Shown: in pieces, positions 60,392 through 64,000 of the stretch
Numbering within the stretch: position 1 is the first letter of the stretch
Layout of the letters: each line of letters begins with the position of its first letter
DNA from: an uncultured Acidobacteriaceae bacterium
GTDB taxonomy: Bacteria; Acidobacteriota; Terriglobia; Terriglobales; Acidobacteriaceae
Assembly: GCA_964247715.1 (NCBI GenBank)
Contig: CAXTVJ010000005.1
Span: forward strand, 42,819 to 106,818
DNA: 64,000 nt
Direction of reading: 5' to 3'
Translations under genes and position numbers: made by a program
Notes under the pieces: generated by a model
What the model was told of the DNA's origin: nothing
The model's input: the letters and a program-made list of their open reading frames with translations, nothing else
The model's database searches: none

Positions 60392-61495
60392 CTATTTCCA
60401 GACGAAATAAAAGCCCGGAGCCCGGTTCAACATATTCGCGGGATTCGGAATGAGGCTGTCCGCGTTGCTGTCCAGCAGCGCAGCAAGGCCTTTCCTCGAT
60501 GACGCAGGCCGCACGACCATCGGGTTTTCATCGCGGATCCCAACTGCTCGCGCCGTATCGATCAGCGCCACCCGGAACCCGCCTAATTTATCGATCAGTC
60601 CCAGCGGAAGCGACTGCTGCCCGGTCCACACCTGGCCTGTTGCCAGCGGCTTGATCTTCTCCGGCGTCGTATGCCGTCCATTCGCTACATCCTGCACGAA
60701 CTGTCCGTACATGTTGTCCACGAGCCCCTGAAAGTAGGCTGCCTCCCGGGGAGTCATGTCGTGGGTCGGATCGCCCGCGTCCTTCAATTCGCCCGCATGG
60801 ATCACCACCGACTTCAGCTTCGCCCACCGCATCAGGTCGCCGTAGTTGGTCCACTCCATGATGACGCCGATCGAACCCACCACCGACGCTTCGTTGGCAT
60901 AGATCTTGTCGCATGCGCTCGCGATGTAGTACGCGCCCGAGGCTCCCACCGACTCCACCGACGCGACGATCATCTTGTGCTTCTCCCGCCGCACCCGCAG
61001 CACCTCGTGGTAGATCTCCTGCGACGCAGCCGCGCCCCCGCCCGGCGAGTTGATGTGCAGGATGATCGCCTTCACGTCCGAGTCATCGCCGAACTTGCGC
61101 AACTGCGTGTCCACCTTATCCGCGTCCAGAATGACACCGTCGATATCGATGACCGCTATGCTCGAGGTCGCGAACGCCGTCGATCCCGAGGCTTCGTCTC
61201 CGCCGTGCAATACCGTATACACCATGCCCCACAGGAACAGACCCGCGAGCACCACGGTCCCCAGAATGATCGAGGGCCAGAACCACGCGGAACGCGGCTT
61301 GTACGGACGGTAATAGGGGTTGAATCCGGGATATGCCCGACCGTACGGGCCATATGGCGCGCCGTATGCCTGCGGTCCACCCACCTGTCCGCCCGTCGGA
61401 GGTACATCATTGCCTGCGCTCCCGGACCAGGCCTGCGTCGGGCTGTGCGGCTGAGGCGAAGGCGGGGGAGGAGTGTTCAGGTGCTCGTCGGACAT
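60392..61495 (-). CDS. sppA: Signal peptide peptidase SppA (36K type, S49)
   Basis: INSPGG, GASGAYYIAS, VGSIGV, ATGQVWTG, GLIDKLG. Confidence 0.93.
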   Translation of the reverse strand: MSDEHLNTPPPPSPQPHSPTQAWSGSAGNDVPPTGGQVGGPQAYGAPYGPYGRAYPGFNPYYRPYKPRSAWFWPSIILGTVVLAGLFLWGMVYTVLHGGDEASGSTAFATSSIAVIDIDGVILDADKVDTQLRKFGDDSDVKAIILHINSPGGGAAASQEIYHEVLRVRREKHKMIVASVESVGASGAYYIASACDKIYANEASVVGSIGVIMEWTNYGDLMRWAKLKSVVIHAGELKDAGDPTHDMTPREAAYFQGLVDNMYGQFVQDVANGRHTTPEKIKPLATGQVWTGQQSLPLGLIDKLGGFRVALIDTARAVGIRDENPMVVRPASSRKGLAALLDSNADSLIPNPANMLNRAPGFYFVWK

Positions 61496-61736
61496 GAGCG
61501 GAGTGTAGCAGTCCGCCCACATTTTGTACCGGAATGTCTTGTCCACCCGTCCAATGGTTGCAGTATGATCGATGACGGTACCGTGCATAAATGGTCCCTG
61601 GGATCCGCCAGGCGACCTGTAAAGTACGCTTCCGCCACAGCTGCAATCAGAGCGGTTTCGCTTACAGCAGAGTTCTCACAGGCGCCCCACGTTACCGCAG
61701 CTTTCAATTCAAGATGTTCTTCAGAGGGTGCACGTC

Positions 61737-62576
61737 ATGGCTCATCCGCGGCTCAGTATCGTCATTCCCGCGTACAACGAGTGCCTGCGCATCGAAGGCA
61801 CCCTTACGCGCGTGATGGAATGCATCTCGCGCGAGGCGTGGGACGCTGAAGTCCTCGTCGTCGACGATGGATCGAGCGACGAAACGCCCGACATCATCCA
61901 GCGCTGGATGACGCTTCACCCCCGCCTTCACCTCATTCAGAATCCCGGCAACCGCGGCAAAGGCTACTCCGTCCGCAACGGCCTGCTTCAGGCCGCGGGC
62001 GAGATCGTCATGTTCACCGACGCGGACCTGTCCGCGCCGATGGAAGAGGCCAGCCGCCTGATTGCGGCAATCCAGGAGGGCGCGGATGTCGCGATCGGCT
62101 CGCGCTGGCTCGACCGGGCGCGTCAAACTCATCAGCAGCCCCTCTATCGCCAGTTCTTCGGTCGCTGCTTCAATGCCATTACCCGCGGCGTCATGGGCCT
62201 GCCGTTTCTGGACACGCAGTGTGGCTTCAAGGCTTTCCGCCGCGAGGCCGCCCAGGTTATCTTCAGGCTGCAGCGCATCGAGCGCTGGGGTTTCGACCCC
62301 GAGATCCTCTTCATCGCGCGCAAGCTCAAATACACCGTCCGCGAGGTCCCGGTTACCTGGGGCCACGACGAACGTTCCCGCATGTCGTACCTCAAGGACG
62401 GCTTGAAGATGCTGGAGGAGATGGCGATCATCCGCTGGAACTCCGTCGCGGGCCGCTACGACGAAGCCATCGCGTCCATGAAGGACACCAGCGGCATGGT
62501 CACCGCGCCGGTGGAGCCTGCTGCAAAGATGGCAACCAAGATGACGTCCAAGCTGCCCGGCACTCTGCAGCAGTAG
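61737..62576 (+). CDS. GT2 dolichyl/polyprenyl-phosphate beta-glucosyltransferase-like protein
   Basis: SIVIPAYNE, VDDGSSD, NRGKG, FTDADLS, DTQCGFK, WGFDPE. Confidence 0.92.
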   Translation: MAHPRLSIVIPAYNECLRIEGTLTRVMECISREAWDAEVLVVDDGSSDETPDIIQRWMTLHPRLHLIQNPGNRGKGYSVRNGLLQAAGEIVMFTDADLSAPMEEASRLIAAIQEGADVAIGSRWLDRARQTHQQPLYRQFFGRCFNAITRGVMGLPFLDTQCGFKAFRREAAQVIFRLQRIERWGFDPEILFIARKLKYTVREVPVTWGHDERSRMSYLKDGLKMLEEMAIIRWNSVAGRYDEAIASMKDTSGMVTAPVEPAAKMATKMTSKLPGTLQQ

Positions 62577-62604
62577 CGTTCACTCTGCTGGCGCAGACCG
62601 CGTA

Positions 62605-63100
62605 CATAGACGCCACTTTGTGGTGCTGGCGCGAGACCATGCCGTATTCGACGCCCAGGCCAGCAGCGTGACGATTGCACCGCATGCCGCCATCATCCAC
62701 CAGATGGGGTGCGTTGCAGAGCGCGAGGCGCGTATCCCTCAGCGCTGGCAGCCGGCGCACGCCCTGTTCGCTGAGCCTGCGTGAGGCCCGGCTGTCCGTG
62801 ATGGCTCGCGCTGACGACCGTGCCGGCGATCGCCACGCCCAGTGCGGCTCCTGCCTGACGCGACGTGGACGCGATCGCGGCGGCTACCCCGGCCTGCGCC
62901 GAGGGCATGCCGGCCGCGGCGTCATTGGTGATGGCCGGGTTCACCATCCCCAGTCCGATACCGAAGAGCGCATACGCCGCGAGCAGCAGACCAGTGAAGT
63001 ATTTCCGCTCAGGTGCGGCAGCAGCAGCGTACCAGCCATAAAGCCTCCGCCAGCCAGCAGCAGCGACGGACGGGTACCGTGACTGCCCACCATCCGCCAG
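62605..63100 (-). pseudogene. 5'-truncated DHA2-type MFS transporter remnant
   Basis: Three frames join as GRMVGSHGTRPSLLLAG / YALFGIGLGMVNPAIT..AGVAAAIASTSRQAG / ATHPIWWMMAACG..WASNTAW; frameshift near 62990 and an ~55-bp insert near 62720-62775. Confidence 0.75.
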
Positions 63101-63263
63101 GAGAGCGGGGAACAAAACTTGAAATACGCAGATTCAAGCGAAAGCCGCCCAACTATTCCCCTGGGTGCGGGTTAGGAAGAACGGGTCCGCAAACCGGTCT
63201 TCGCACGGCACAGGCGGCATAAGGTCACGTTCGTCGGGCGTTTATCCGGAGACGGATCCAAGC

Positions 63264-63288
63264 CATCGATTCCTGCATTCGAGCATCT
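63264..63288 (+). promoter_or_regulatory. Putative alternative-sigma promoter CATCG-N14-GCATCT
   Basis: Upstream of the RDD gene SD; same geometry as the sites at 16836 and 53916. Confidence 0.35.
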
Positions 63289-63321
63289 CAGGATGCGGGC
63301 GCAGCTTGTACAGGAGAAGCG

Positions 63322-64000
63322 ATGTTCTGCGAGTCTTGCGCTTTTGATTCACCCTCCACGATCTTCTGCGTCGGTTGTGACGCCTTCCTGCCGGCAGCAT
63401 GCATGGGCATGCGAGCCGGCATCACCCGCCGGCTCCTCGCGACGCTCATCGACTGCGTGCTTGCCGTCACCTTCTGCATTCTCTTTCTCCTCAATTTTTC
63501 AGAAACTCTGCTCTTCGGGGCAGGCACTGCCCTGGTTGCGGTGGCCGTCACAGTATTTCTCGCTTCGTTTGTACGCGGGCTGGCGATCGGGCAAACGCCG
63601 GGCAAGCTTGCGCTCAAGCTCCGGGTCGTCGATCGCGCAACCGGGCGGATCCCAGGCCTCGGGCGCATGCTCCTGCGGGAAACGGTGGGGAAGGTCCTCA
63701 GCGGAGCATCTCTGGGCTTCGGATTCCTCGCCGCGTTTCGCAATGCGGACGGCCAAGCTTGGCACGACCGTATGGCCTCCACCGCCGTCGTCCTGGACGA
63801 GCCCTCGGTTGTCGCCCCCGAGACCCCGCTCCGCTCCCGCGCACTCTGGCCGTTTGGTGCTGTCTCCGCCGTGCTCCTGCTGCTCTTCGTCGCGCTCGCG
63901 CCGTTCCCGCAGGTCCATGACTCGGGTGCTCCCGCTCGTGTTGCGACCAACGCCGAAGGTTTCATCACCCCGTTAGCCGCACCCGCCCTCTTCCGCGCCA
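63322..64000 (+). CDS. Zinc-ribbon + RDD family membrane protein (runs off window end)
   Basis: Manual translation: MFCESC..FCVGC, RRLLATLID, GQTPGK, LLRE, WHDRMASTAVV; SD AGGAG. Absent from the ORF track because no stop lies in the window. Confidence 0.85.
   Translation, partial: MFCESCAFDSPSTIFCVGCDAFLPAACMGMRAGITRRLLATLIDCVLAVTFCILFLLNFSETLLFGAGTALVAVAVTVFLASFVRGLAIGQTPGKLALKLRVVDRATGRIPGLGRMLLRETVGKVLSGASLGFGFLAAFRNADGQAWHDRMASTAVVLDEPSVVAPETPLRSRALWPFGAVSAVLLLLFVALAPFPQVHDSGAPARVATNAEGFITPLAAPALFRA

Overview
GC-rich (~65% by eye) bacterial chromosome segment. The gene content (ADOP-type ABC permease, GWxTD protein, Uma2 protein, Gly-rich TolC, CAGGGGTCCTTC..CTCAGGATGAC repeat) points to Acidobacteriota/Acidobacteriaceae; this is inference. 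Contents in order: (1) a sigma-54-driven export/signalling operon (membrane-fusion protein, ABC ATPase, ADOP permease, TolC, NtrC-type regulator, histidine kinase, GAF-PP2C phosphatase); (2) a seven-gene Mrp/Mbh-type ion-antiporter module with no MrpA and altered axial charged residues; (3) quinone oxidoreductase, Rieske oxygenase, PspC; (4) lysA, yebC, PagL-like, ftcD, ABC ATPase; (5) argR-C-B-D-F-G-H-A with tandem ARG boxes, divergent from gltB, where ArgH carries a low-GC foreign N-terminal domain; (6) lipid, peptidase, accBC, thiE and permease genes; (7) a large secreted protein of unknown function, a frameshifted Uma2 gene, a cupin, an ABC ATPase plus adaptor without permease, a GWxTD gene pair, sppA, a GT2, an MFS pseudogene and a partial RDD gene. 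No rRNA, tRNA, CRISPR array, transposase or integrase was recognised. The most notable observations are the MrpA-less antiporter module, the ArgH fusion, two recurrent alternative-sigma promoter motifs, a sigma-54 promoter with tandem enhancer sites, and many apparently leaderless genes. All calls are from reading the sequence and recalled family motifs; no database searches were run.
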